From the NCBI GenBank assembly GCA_013115145.1, contig JAAPAO010000059.1, forward strand, positions 1 to 64,000: a stretch of DNA of 64,000 nt, written 5' to 3'. Each line of letters opens with the position of its first letter. Position 1 is the first letter of the stretch. A program made the position numbers and the translations under genes. The DNA is from Perkinsus chesapeaki ATCC PRA-425 (taxonomy: Eukaryota; Protista; Perkinsozoa). Below, piece after piece: positions 38,102 through 50,999 of the stretch. The notes under the pieces are model-generated. The model did not search any database and was not told where the DNA came from. It saw nothing but the letters and a program-made list of their open reading frames with translations.

Positions 38102-39067
38102 TCAAAAAACGGCGAGTAAAAGCAGGAACAGTAGGCCATATAAGAGAGTAGAGGAAGGGCGGTTGGCTGCACCCGTGAACCACGAAGCTCGTAGCCCTCC
38201 GAGAGTGGGATCTTTGGTTACGTATATGTTAAGGCATCTCACTTGGCGTCCACCAGTATGCCAGTCTTTGTTAGTGGTATCGACAAAGCGACTATAGCGG
38301 AATAGATTGCTGCCTTCGAAACCGAAGCAGATTCGGTGAACAACACCGACATCCAGCAAGGAAGGCGCGAAGTTGTATGTGAGCTCCCAGACATTCTGAT
38401 CTTTGTCTTTCTCGACAAGATAGTAGCGGGGCAGACGGTTGATTTGATCGCTTGAGAAGGGACAATAACCATTAACAGTAGCAGTGTTGGAGCCACTCGA
38501 GGCAAATGTCTCCTTGAAGCAAACTATGGTTTCACTGTCATCGGAGCTCGGCAGTGCCGTGAGGGAGATCCTGGCCAAACGGCCCGGTGGTATGTAGTAA
38601 ACGTCTGGCTCGCCGTTTTGTAGGAACCGGGCACCATGGGCCTCGCTTCCCTTGACCACAATGTCAGCCCGAAATAACAGATTAGGTTCCTCATGGGAAT
38701 ATGTGTTGAGGGCGAGGCTCAGAGAGTGACTACCAACATCGGTAACCAGACCGCGGACATGTATCAACCACGTGAATTGGGTGTTTGAGGCCATGGGCCG
38801 ATGAATGGTGATGACACTCGGCCAGTCGTGGCTGGAGCTATGCCAGAAGTCATCGGTTAGAATGCTCTTCGGGCAAGAATATACAAAACGAAGGGTTCTA
38901 TTTTGGCCAGCAGTAAGCTTGTTGTCGGCGAACATGAGGGAGCAGTGCAGGTGTTCTTTCAGAGGTACTCGATTACCCCAATCCCATGAGTCATCGTCAT
39001 CGCTGGTGTTGCTCTTCAGCGACTTTATGCACCAGAGTGTCGAGAGAAACAATAAAAGCTTCGTCAT
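38102..39067 (-). CDS. Intronless secreted, probably GPI-anchored protein of the same unnamed family as 26819-27649
   Basis: Signal peptide MTKLLLFLSTLWCIKS. Hydrophobic C-terminus LLYGLLFLLLLAVF*. Motifs shared with the paralog. Confidence 0.8.
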   Translation of the reverse strand: MTKLLLFLSTLWCIKSLKSNTSDDDDSWDWGNRVPLKEHLHCSLMFADNKLTAGQNRTLRFVYSCPKSILTDDFWHSSSHDWPSVITIHRPMASNTQFTWLIHVRGLVTDVGSHSLSLALNTYSHEEPNLLFRADIVVKGSEAHGARFLQNGEPDVYYIPPGRLARISLTALPSSDDSETIVCFKETFASSGSNTATVNGYCPFSSDQINRLPRYYLVEKDKDQNVWELTYNFAPSLLDVGVVHRICFGFEGSNLFRYSRFVDTTNKDWHTGGRQVRCLNIYVTKDPTLGGLRASWFTGAANRPSSTLLYGLLFLLLLAVF

Positions 39068-39641
39068 ACTTAAGATGAGACTGCGCAGTTTGAGAATTGG
39101 CGACATCGCTTCGCTCCACCATCTGCATCGCTCCGCTAAGCTTTTGAGGATTGTATGCACGATTTCATCCACCTTACGTTCTTGACTACACCAGTGTTGC
39201 GTGATACATAGTAATATTTTGTATAGTGGTTGCATCACTTTCCAATGAGCGAGAGCGGCTCCGACTCCGAGTTCTCTGAGGATGATACACTGGTAATAGG
39301 GTGCCGTCGACTAGGTGGATGAGACTCTCCGATAGGCTCAAACTCAGCATGTTCCGCCTGAGGATGCTGATATGGGGGATATAGAGGAGGTTAAGAGTGA
39401 TGATGATGCCAGCAGCGATGACTCGGATCTTTTTGGCTCCGACACAAGTAATAGAACTGAAGTCCCGGTTCACTACATATGATAAAATGGATGTCGTGGC
39501 CGCTTGCGACTTTAAATTTTGGCCGGCCTTCTCCGATCTAGCAACTCAATTTCTCGTTCGACATCTCTATACGTAACGGGCGATATAAGAGATAGGTGCT
39601 GGACCGGAGCTGGGCTTGGATTTTGTAATATACGTCCAAGC

Positions 39642-42600
39642 ATGGTCAAGGAACATGCAGCTCGCACAGTGGTTCTGATATGCCTGTCTAGCTGTCGTTC
39701 GCTACTCAGGTTCCTCCGAGTCTGACAGTGAATCAGGAGACGATGGTGCTGCCGCAAAGGGTAATACTTCAACTCTGCTATAGTCTCAATGGGAATATCT
39801 TAGACGATGAGTTGTTTGAGGAAAAGGTCGCTATAGAGGAGGACGCTGATCTGGAGTAGTGTGGGGGGTTCTGAGTGTTGCGCAGATTGTATGTCATCAG
39901 CGATGATGATGAAGATGACGATGTGGAGAATGAGATTGTCCAAGATGACTCGTGGGCAGTTGCGGACTCCTACTTCAAAGATAAAGGTAATACTACTTCC
40001 CAGCTGCATGCAGGGATAGCTACTGCAAGGTCTTGTGTCCCAACAAGTCGGCTCGTTCGATGACTTTGTTACCTACAAGATGCAGGAGATTGTGGATGAG
40101 TGTCCCCCTATCACCATCATACCACAGAACCAGGTAAGCTATGCCTTGGTGGCCGCGGCCGCTGCGGTACTATGCGGTCTTAGTACGATCCCAACTCATC
40201 CAAGCAGCAGCAAATGCAGCAGAATGTGGGCTTGGTTTACGAGCTGAGTAAGTGAGGGTGGTTTTTGGGGGAGGTAGGGAAAGGTTGTCCTTCAGAATTC
40301 GAGCAGTTGTCATTGAACAAACCTACTGTGGAGGAGGTTGACGGTGCTATGACCAGTCTTACTCCTAACCAAGCTCGTTTAAGGAACCTTACGTATAGCA
40401 GTCCGGTAATAATCAATGGGATTGAGTACACGGATGCTTGAGGGTTGGACGATGAACCCGTGGGAGCTGTCAACTCAGGTGTACGTCAATGTGAACCAGA
40501 AAACATACACCCTGTCGGATCCCGACGACCCCAACTCAGAGAAGGAATTGGTAACGAGGAGACGAGGAGGTATGGGAGAATGTGTGCTGTAGGTTTCGGA
40601 GGACACTTACCCCAAGATTCTCATTGGGCGCATTCCTATGATGCTTAAGTCTGAGTATTGCTGGTTGAAGAATCAAACAGAGCGAGGCCTGGTGGAGATG
40701 GGCGAGTGCGTCTTTGATCAGGGAGGGTAGTCTACGGTGTGGGTGTGGGCTTCGGATGAGTCATTTAGGTATTTCATCATTAACGGATCAGAGAAGGTGC
40801 TCATTGCCATGGAGCGTATGGCCAACAATTTCGTATACTGTTTCCAGAAGAAACAGCCGGCCAAGTACACTTGGATTTGTGAGGTAGTATTACCGGGCAG
40901 AAGGGACGGCGCATGTTGTGACGCTGATAGTGATGTTGTGGTGAATATTATGGAAATCTATCAGGGTAAAGCGTGTGCTTGTTTTCCTACGTTGATGATG
41001 AGGTTACAACATTTCAAGGAAATCTCTGCGGAACTCCGGTCGGTTTTGTCATTTTCCAGCATATGCAAGTTTCTCTCTCCGCCAATCCAATGGGGAAATT
41101 GAAAGCTAAGCTTATGGAGAGTATCCCGACGCCAAACCATATGAATGACGGTGTGGCTCATCTGTCAGAGTATCTATGTGTATGTCAGATTCGATCTCAA
41201 GCAGACGGGATGCAGAGCACCAGTGGATTTTCTGTAAAGATGCTTGCCAATCTTGGAGGCAGAAGTGCAGCTAGAGGACAGATCGTCTGCTCTATGCCGT
41301 GGGTTATCTACTCCATCGTTGACTCTGCTGCTATTGAGCTGCTATAATCAGGTATATTAATGCTGATATTCCAGTGGTGATCCTTTTCCGAGCACTGGGG
41401 TGTGTTTCGGACCGTGAAGTGATCGAAAGGATTGTTTATGACTTCTCCGATACCCAGATGATGTTCTTGCTTCGGCCTAGTATAGAGGAAGCGATGCCTA
41501 TCATGAGCCAAGAGGTACGCTCCATCACTATGGAAAAACGGGGGAGACTGCTGCTGCTGCTGCTCAATTAGGTAGCACTGGATTACATTGCAAAAAGAGG
41601 ACCGACAATTGGAACGTCCAAGAGCGGGCGTATACAGTAGGAAAATATTACGATAGAATTCGAAGTACGGCAACGTGTCAGATACGCTAAGGAGCTACTT
41701 CAAAAAGAGCTGCTGCCCCATCTCGGTGTTAAGCAATACTGTGAGCCGAGGAAGGCGTACTTTATAGGGTACTAAGGGCGGGACTACTCTGAGGGGGATG
41801 GCCTAGCTAGGGAGTGTAGATTGAACATCTACAAATGGGCTTGTATATAGCTCCGGGTCGTCCTTTAGGCAAGCTAGTGACATATAGATTCAAATAGATT
41901 GTCGGTTCTAAGAATGACAAATTGGTTGGTATGGGGAGTAAGTGTAATGTGATCAGATACATGGTCCATCGTCTGTTGCTTGGCCAACTTGGTCGAATTG
42001 CTGAGGATGACCGTGATCACTTTGGAAAGAAGCGCATGGATATGGCTGGTCCTCTCATGGCAGCTAGTTTCGCCCAGCTATTCCGAAAAGTACACTGCAT
42101 ACACGTCAACCTGCTGGTCAGGACTTGCTCCATTTTAGTTGGTCCTAGACAGTAAAAGGATCCTTCAAAGACAAGTGGACAGCGGTCGGCACTTTGACCT
42201 CAACTCAGCTATTCGCAGCGCCTCCAGCATTACTGAAGGATTGAGGTACAGCATCAGCAGCGACAGCGGCCACTACGTTTGGCCAGGGTATACTGTGTGT
42301 ATTTAGGTATCAATTGGCTACCGGAAACTGGGGGATAGATAAATCTGGTAAATCCGTAAGGACAGGTGTTAGTCAGGTAAGCGCAGCTGTCAATGCTTCT
42401 GGCGTTTACTAGGAGGATCTTAGGTCTTGAATCGTCTGACGTTTATGTCGACTATGTCACATTTAAGGAGGATGAATACTCCTTTGGAGCGCAGTGGCAA
42501 GTTGGCCAAGCCGCGGCAGCTGCACAATACGCATTGGGGTAATAGCATCGTACGCATGGTGGCGGTATTGGCCGAGTAGGTATGATATGCCCTGCTGAGA

Positions 42601-45600
42601 CACCAGAAGGACAGGCAGTTGGATTGGTGAAGAATATTGCGCTGATGTGAGGAGGAAGGGGCTCTGGACGGTGACGGGGTAATGGATTCTGTTATAGGTG
42701 CACAATCACGGTCGGAAGTCTACCGAATGTTGTTTACGATTTCCTTAATGAATGGGGTCTGGAGAACTTAGATGAGATCAACCCAGGACAAATTAAGCAC
42801 ATGACCAAGGTAAACCCCATCGCCACCATGACCGCGGACGCAGGGGAGGAGCTGGCCATCTCAGGTGTTCTTGAATGGACAGTGGGTTGGCATGCATGCA
42901 GATGCAACTATGCTGTGCGAGACCCTTCGAGATTTGAGGCGCAAGAGGGATATCGACCCAGAGGTTTCGATTATTAGAGACCTACAGGTGATTCACTCCT
43001 AAGCCCGAAACACCGCAGCCTGGAATGACATCTGGTCAGGCCAACGAGCTCCGGATATTCACAGATGGCGGTCGGGCATGCCGTCCTTTGTACGTGGTGC
43101 AGCCTCCACCCAGTCAGAAGCTTTGCATTAAACGAGAGCATGTCGAAACATTAAGGCAGATGCTAGTAGGTGTTTAACTGGACCCAGCTGACGATACCGA
43201 TTCATTACGTTAATCTCAAACCATTTATTATCGAACCTCGCGGTGAACCCATGTAGATATCCAGATGACTTCACCACTATAGAACATAATCCTCGGACTC
43301 ATAGCGCTGCTATCATCTTTTAGTTGAATAACGAACACGGCGGCTGGGACATGCTTGTCGAGGAGGGTTTGGTTGAGTATATAGATGCCGAAGAGGTAAG
43401 ACACTAATCTTGCAAAGCTGGTTCTATGAAGGACCAGCGGATTTGAAGTTTAACCTGTTTAGGAAGAGACCTGTATGGTAGCTATGTTTGTCGATGACCT
43501 TCGTAATGCCCAAAGGAAAAAGAGCAAGGCCAGCAGCTATTGCCACACGTAAAGCGGCGACAGCGGGGGGGCTATGCTTCTACCGACTAAGGGCTTTCTA
43601 GATACACCCACTGCGAGATCCATCCATCTCTTATTCTTGGTGTATGTGCTTCCATCATTCCCTTCCCGGATCACAATCAGAGTCCTCGTAACACTTACCA
43701 GAGTGCCATGGGAAAGCAGGCTATGGGTGTTTACGCCACCAACTTTAACGTAAGGCCTCTGCCAAGTCGCAACGGCCATTATTTTTCTGTCTGTCAGATG
43801 CGCATAGACACAATGGCGCATGTGTTGAACTATCCTCAGAAGCCTTTGGTTGGAACAAGGGCAATGGAGTACCTAAGATTCCGCGAGCTTCCAGCCGGCA
43901 ACAACGCTATTGTGAGGGGATATGTAACGGTGGAATGATACCATGGTTTCATTGTAGGTCGCCATTATGACGTACTCCGGATACAACCAGGAAGATTCAC
44001 TGATCATGAATGCATCATCCATCGATCGAGGCTTCATGAGATCAGTCCATTTCAAAAGTTACATGGCCGACGAGAAACGCCAAGGAGCTCAGGTAAGTCG
44101 GTGTTGTCAATGGGGATTAGTAAGTGGCTCCAAAGGTTGTTGAGGAGTTCCGGGCACCGTCCTGGTCTAAAACGTATGCGATGAAGAGAGGTGATTACTC
44201 TAAGTTGGATAATGATGGTCTTATCAATCCTGGTAAGAAGTTTCCACTAGTAGATCGGACTGTATGATACCACAGGCACTCGAGTTCATGGTGACGACAT
44301 TCTCATTGGAAAAGTCTCGCCTATACCCAATCAGACGGATGAAGAAGGTCGCATTCAAAAGTAGTGGTCGAATAGGGGTGTAGTTTATTAACTTGTGCTC
44401 AGATACACTGAACGGGATTGCTCTGTAGCTTTGAAGGGCGCTGATAATGGCGTAGTTGACCAGGTGAGTTGGTGGCACTTGAGCATCATCGTTGGCGGTG
44501 GACGATGTTGGCAGGTTATGCTGTCTGTTAATGCTCGAGGTCACAAGTTCACGAAGATCCGTGTGAGAACGTTACGAGTTCCCACCATTGGCGATAAGTT
44601 TGCATCTCGACACGGTCAGAAGGGTACCATGGGTATCTCTTACCGTCAAGAAGATATGCCATTCACACAGTAGCAGCTGGCGCATTATCCCACCGAGACC
44701 TGGCTCGTTGTTTAGGTTCGGTGTAGTACCGGATATTATCATGAACCCTCATGCTGTACCTTCCCGAATGACAATTGGACATCTTGTCGAGTGTTTGCTT
44801 GGAAAGGTGAGTTTCGTTCTCATACTCGCCTCAGCTTGTCGTTCAAGCAACCAATTCTGGCTTCCTGATTTAACATACTTATTTTCATAGGTTGGACTTT
44901 TGAGTGGGGAAGAAGGTGATGCCACACCGTTCTCTCAAGTAAGTAGCTACCACCACTTCCCTCAGCTGCTAACGACCATTGCTTACCAAGGTTACAGTAC
45001 ACGAGATTATGGCTCGACTACATGAGCTAGGCTTCCAACGGCAAGGTCGAGAAGTTATGTACAATGGCCACACTGGGTTGCGACTGCCAGCTAAGATCTT
45101 CATCGGTCCCACGTAAGTTGTCATCACGCCAATCGTACTAGGAGTTGTGGTAAACAGGTACTACCAGCGTCTGAAGCATATGGTCGAGGATAAGATACAT
45201 TCGAGAGCTCGAGGGCCGATGCAGGTGAGAGATTATGGCTCATTGCTGGTAACCAGGAATGTGATACCTCAGATGCTTACACGACAACCTATGGAGGGTC
45301 GTGGACGAGAAGGTGGTCTACGATTTGGAGAGATGGAACGAGACTGCATGATTAGTCATGGAGCAGCCAAGTTCCTTAAGGAGAGGCTCTTCGATATCTC
45401 GGATGCATACAGGTAGCGTTGAATGACGGATTCTCGGCATCTTGTCAACTTGTTGGTATCATGTCTTTGCTTAGGGTACACGTTTGTGATAACTGTGGTA
45501 TGTTCGCAATAGCGAATCTATACAAGAATCATTACGAGTGTAAAGCGTGTAAGAACTCCACGATATCACAGGTGAGAGATGCTCCTCCTTCGGTGATTAG

Positions 45601-45706
45601 TGGGAATTACGAAGTTCAGGTACACATACCATACGCATGCAAGCTGCTGTTCCAAGAGCTGATGACAATGTCTATTATGCCAAAACTCGTTCTCAAGGTC
45701 GCTTGA
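39642..45706 (+). CDS. RPB2: DNA-directed RNA polymerase II second-largest subunit, multi-exon; start approximate
   Basis: [104 protein letters not shown] and [11 protein letters not shown]. Confidence 0.98.
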
Positions 45707-46246
45707 TTACTCCCCGTAACTTTCACTGTTTACACGTTTACACATTTCTATCCTTTCTCGCTTAGTGTTAGTTACCCGAATACACTTGCATGAGAGGCGC
45801 GGGCTAAGTTGCAGGCCGAGGTGTCGTCAGGTGGCCGGGCGCAGCCACGGTCACCATAGGAAGCAGTTTTGAATGGTTAAAAGGTGGAATCTACCCTCAG
45901 ACGTAGAGGAAACGACCATCTTGTGCAAGACAATGCAGAAGTTTACGGGGATGCACGAAAAAGAGAATGACAACAAAACTACTGGACATCACCGAGTACC
46001 GATTATTATAGCAGTCGAATCGGTATTTTGTTCGTGCCGTGATTATTTGATCTACTCATGAAACGCAACATGGAGGCAATTAAAAACCGATCATCGACAA
46101 ACGAAATCGGGTGGTATGGTTGAAGCTCTGATGAATAATGTTTAATATTATGGCATCACTTCGCTGGAGAAAATGGGGATGTCCTGCCACAGAAAAACAC
46201 TTGCTTTCACGCGAGCAGTTGTAGATATTAGTAGAAGAGTGTGATC

Positions 46247-47140
46247 CTATCTGCAGGGGGTGAAGATTGTAGAGGTAGGGGTTAGCTCGGTGACCGAGGT
46301 TGGCTTGATGACCTTCCCGTAGTACAGAATGATCTGATCGCGCAGCAGATCAAACGCAAGCCCGTGCCCAGCCATGAAGAAGCCTTCCGAGATTCTCGCC
46401 TCGGTACCATCGGGCATGATCTCGCTCAAGCGAGTGATGTCCCTTTCTTGGTTCTTTACAATGGTGATGTTCATAGGGTAAACATCTCCATTGAATGACC
46501 AATCCAACCAAATAGCGGACCAAGGAATGTCGGGACTGCCAGCGTTGGACACCACCAGAGTCCTTGCTACACCATTGGCGCTTGTGTTAGAAGTGAAGAG
46601 GAGCTGGAAGTTTTTGCCTTCCACTGAACCACAGAAAAGCCTGTTCAAAAAGTATTGGTGACAACCCTCATAGGACAAGTGCAAACGCTTCTGTTCAGAG
46701 GTATAAGTTTGCACTGAAGGCCGCACAGTCGAGGTCGGCGCATGGTAATCCAAATTTTCTAGCTTTGAAGCGTCCAGGCCGACTTCTTTGGCGAATGATC
46801 TCGTCTTGTTGGCGTAAGAGGCAAGTTTCACGCTTGCATCAGGTGGCTCGCCGACGGCTTTCGGAGGCTCCAATCTAGAGCCGAAAGTATTTGCTGCTTG
46901 GTGCTCTTGTGCCGTGTAACCAATGACACCCTCAGAAGCGTACTTGCCGGATGTGGACATACCATATAGAGCGACCTCGCCAGTGGTTATATTATTATTA
47001 ATTACTTTTGTAAGAGCAAACCGCATGACCACCTTAGGGAGGTCTTTCTGTGCGAAGGTAGTACAGTACATTCCGCGGGGACCAACATAATCACCGATAG
47101 CGAGCTCGAAGATAGAACAGGCTAGTAAGAAAAATCTCAT
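46247..47140 (-). CDS. Hypothetical secreted protein, apparently intronless
   Basis: Signal peptide MRFFLLACSIFELAIG. Open frame of about 297 aa. Two halves each start with a G/R-x-Y/F-C motif (PRGMYC, NRLFC). Confidence 0.7.
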   Translation of the reverse strand: MRFFLLACSIFELAIGDYVGPRGMYCTTFAQKDLPKVVMRFALTKVINNNITTGEVALYGMSTSGKYASEGVIGYTAQEHQAANTFGSRLEPPKAVGEPPDASVKLASYANKTRSFAKEVGLDASKLENLDYHAPTSTVRPSVQTYTSEQKRLHLSYEGCHQYFLNRLFCGSVEGKNFQLLFTSNTSANGVARTLVVSNAGSPDIPWSAIWLDWSFNGDVYPMNITIVKNQERDITRLSEIMPDGTEARISEGFFMAGHGLAFDLLRDQIILYYGKVIKPTSVTELTPTSTIFTPCR

Positions 47141-48532
47141 GAGAGAGGACACTGCAGGAGCTGCGAAGGAGCGACCAGCGAAGGGGGTATATGGCTCGCA
47201 CTCCGCGCTCTAAACTGAGCTTGAGACGCCGAATCTCTTCGCTTTCCTACCCTGTACGTGTACTTGCAACGCGGATGCTCCACCCTTTTTTCTGATAGCT
47301 ATACTTTTCTTAACTTTGGTATTTCGATGCTTTCCTTCACACTGGCCGGTGCTGGGAAGCGTTTGCCCACCGCGTCGTTCCGGCAGGAACATGCGCCTTG
47401 GATGAAGGAACTCCCGCCGGATGATTTTTCGCTCAAGTAGTACTGCTTTTTGAGGCTTTTCATGAGTTCAGTCGAGTAGGTGTGATTGTCTCGTGCCCGT
47501 TATATCTCTTTATAGTACTAAGCTGACATTTTCTGATGGTTAATCCTTCTTCGTCTAATGCCCTGACTGTTGGGTTTGCACCCGAAAACGAGTGGCTTGA
47601 TCCCGCTATGGCTACACTTTGGGTTCCTCCTCGAGCTCACGTATACCGCCTCATCCATCACGAGTGTTGTGTACGCGACGCCTTATCGAAGATCGATAAC
47701 CGGATCTCAGTTTAACCGAGTCGGTTGGGGCACGCTACACTAGGTAGCCGATCCAATGGTCCCCATACTTCGAGGTGGTGACTCACCACTGGTGAGTGCC
47801 GGCCCGTTCGCCTTGAACCAAGGCCCTTGGCATGACACTTTCTACAGCTGAAGTTTTCGTTGGTCAAAGTTCTGGGAGCAGCAGTATTGAGTGGTATCTT
47901 CCCCACAAAGCCCGACTCTAGCTTAGCATTAGATTCTTAGTGACTATCAAAGTGACTCCCGTTCATCAGAAAAAGATGTTGTTCTACGGGCAATGGAGAA
48001 AGTTCCATGTGGCTTTGGCACAGTGTTAGAACACGCAACTCGTCTTGTAGCTTGCAAGCATACCATCGCATAACATGCAGATTATGGGTTTACGTAAGGC
48101 ATAGTTCCATCATCCAGCAGAAGCGTCGTGCTCCAACGATTGCCTTGAGGCTCAAAAGGGCTGTCTTCGGTGACATATCTTTTTGTTGGTTACTGTTTGA
48201 CGCAAAGCTCATCACAGCAGAAACTAGGAACGAGTTTATAGAGACTCCCTATTGGGGACTGCCGCCAAGTAGGTCGGCTGACTGCAGTGTACAGGAACAC
48301 TATGATGGGACGGAGAGTCTAACAACTACTTGATATCGACTTAGCCAGTGGGAATAAATGAAGTTGTTATGCAGCGCAAAAACACCGGGAGAACTCGCTT
48401 GCTGCATCATAGCAGGCCTTCCTGAGGAGGGCTTCTTCTCCCGAGATGTCGCAATACCACATACAGAACTCCATACAAAGTACTGTTGGTGTTTAGTTAT
48501 AATGATATTAGGCTTATCACGACGTCACAGGC

Positions 48533-49051
48533 TTACCACGCAGCACGAGCAGCTGTACGGACAGAATCCCCAGCAGCACGACCAGCAGTGCGAGCAGAGT
48601 CGCCTGCAGCGCGACCAGCGATACGAGCAGAGTCACCAGCGGCATAACCAGCAGTGCGAGCGGAGTCCCCAGCAGCATGACCAGCAGCATGACCAGAATC
48701 ACCAGCAACTCTTGCCGAGGTACGTATTGAATCAGCTGCAGCGCGGGCAGATGTCCTTATGGAATCGCCAGAAGCATGGGCCGCCATACGCGCAGAGTCA
48801 CTGGTCGCATGGGCCGCGGTCCGAGCCGAATCACCAGCTGCGCGGGCAGCTGTTCTAACTGCACCAGCGCCTCCATTGACCGATGCAGCAGTCGTCTGGG
48901 CGTTCTGTGTAGCTGCCGCCGCGTCAGCAGTGGCTGCGGCACTCACTTGCGCGCTAGCACTAGTAGCGGCCTGAGCAACGTCACACGCGGATCTTGTCAC
49001 ATCCGTCGCAAGCTTGGTAACATCGGATGTCAAATCTGTGAGAAATCCCAT
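48533..49051 (-). CDS. 11-mer-repeat Ala-rich protein, family copy 1
   Basis: MGFLTDLTSDVTKLATDV N-terminus, then about nine A(A/G)(R/H)AAGDS(A/I/V)RT 11-mers. Intronless. Confidence 0.8.
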   Translation of the reverse strand: MGFLTDLTSDVTKLATDVTRSACDVAQAATSASAQVSAAATADAAAATQNAQTTAASVNGGAGAVRTAARAAGDSARTAAHATSDSARMAAHASGDSIRTSARAAADSIRTSARVAGDSGHAAGHAAGDSARTAGYAAGDSARIAGRAAGDSARTAGRAAGDSVRTAARAAW

Positions 49052-49753
49052 TTTACAAAACAATTAACTACACAATCAGAAATGCTGGCAAGAGACCTCT
49101 GAATTTTGGACAGAGGATGAACGCCATCATAATAAATTATCACTCCCGAAAAACGCCAAACTAAAATGCGCTAGACCGAGGCGAAAAACTGTTGGCGAGA
49201 GTAGATCGAAACGCAACGGCTTTGTGTCGGCTGTCCCGAGTCGGACAAATAGTGCTACTCATCCCAGGATACTAAGACACGCCAGGGGGCAGTCTCGCTG
49301 TCACGTAACTTCGAGTTTGGGAAACCCTACGCAAATTCCCAGTCGCGCGGCTAACAACCAAGGGTAACGCGACTCAGAAATGACCAATCTGAAGCACTAA
49401 GACAAGGCTTGTGTCACAAGCTGACTAAGAACATATGGACGCTCCCAGCGAGGACTGATACACTTATGCGGCAGGTTAGTTAAGTCCAAGGAAATTCGAA
49501 ATCCGAATCAATCTACTATAAACTCAACACAATGCTTTTAAAGTAACCCCTGAGTGGCTTATGACGATCAACACGCGAAGAGAAGCGATATCACCACGAT
49601 CGCCTAACGGCATACAGAATTTGAGTCAGACTGCACTCATGGAACAAGGGAATTGTCAAGCGGGTATATTTGTCACTCTTATGATGGCTTTGATAGTACA
49701 TATTTTATGAATAAACTCATATCAGGATACAACGTTAAACGTCACATAAAAGT

Positions 49754-50999
49754 TTAGGGAGAACCTCTGAATACAGTGCGGACACTGTCATGAATGGATC
49801 GACCAGTAGCATGGCCAGCATCACGAATGGCGCTGCCGCTAGCATGACCCGCATCGTGAACAGCTTGACCTGCTGCTTTACTTGCAGCTCGAATATTCTG
49901 AGTCTCCGAGGTAGTGCTTTCAGAAGCAGGGGCCGAAGAAGCAGTGTCTCGCTGTACCGAAGCAGAAGTACTGGTAGAACCGGTAGAGTTTGGGGTACCT
50001 AGAGCATTATTAACACCAATCTGGGCACCACGAACGGCGGTATCGACACCGAGTTGAGCGCCTCTCGCGNNNNNNNNNNNNNNNNNNNNNNNNNNNNNNN
50101 NNNNNNNNNNNNNNNNNNNNNNNNNNNNNNNNNNNNNNNNNNNNNNNNNNNNNNNNNNNNNNNNNNACGCCGTTGCTGACACCAAGGGAAGCACCGCGAA
50201 CAGCATTATCAACACCGAGTTGAGCACCACGAACGGCGTTATCGACACCGAGTTGAGCGCCTCTCGCGCCGTTGCTGACACCAAGGGAAGCACCGCGAAC
50301 AGCATTATCAACACCGAGTTGAGCACCACGAACGGCGTTACTGGCAGCAAGAGATGCGCCTCCTGAGGCGTTGTCGACACCAAGCTGAGCCCCTCTTACA
50401 GCGTTATTGACACCAAGCGAGGCACCACGGGCAGCATTACTCACACCGAGGGAAGCCCCACGAGCTGCATTACTCACACCAAGGGAAGCACCACGAGCTG
50501 CATTACTTGCAGCAAGGTTAGCCCCCGCAGTAGCCGAGTTACGGGCAACGTTAGCTCCTTGACTAGCAGAATTGGCAGCTATACCAGCCCCATGTAGAGC
50601 AGAATTAACTGCAATACTAGCCCCTTTCAAGGCAGAGTTGATTGCAATTCCAACACCCCCAAGACCAGTATCACGGGCAATACCAGCACCGGTCGTTGCA
50701 GTATCGCGAGCAATATTGGCCCCTGTGGCTGCAGTGTCCTCAGCCATAGCAGCACCAGTAGCAGCCGTGTCGCGGGCGATGTTGGCGCCCGTAGTTGCAG
50801 TGTCTTGTGCCATAGCGGCACCAGTGGCAGCAGTGTCACGAGCGACGGCGGCACCGGTACTGGCGACACTGGGAGCAGCGTTAGCGGCTGGCTGCGCTTG
50901 ACCGGGAGCTGTAGCATTCGCCAAGTCATTGAGGGATGCACTGACATCTGTTGCCAGCTTGTTGAGATCAGAAGTCAAAGTATCAAGGAATCCAACCAT
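49754..50999 (-). CDS. 11-mer-repeat Ala/Gly-rich protein, family copy 2 (spans the gap at 50070-50166)
   Basis: MVGFLDTLTSDLNKLATDV, at least 20 GA-initiated 11-mers, and C-terminal IHDSVRTVFRGSP*. Confidence 0.8.
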
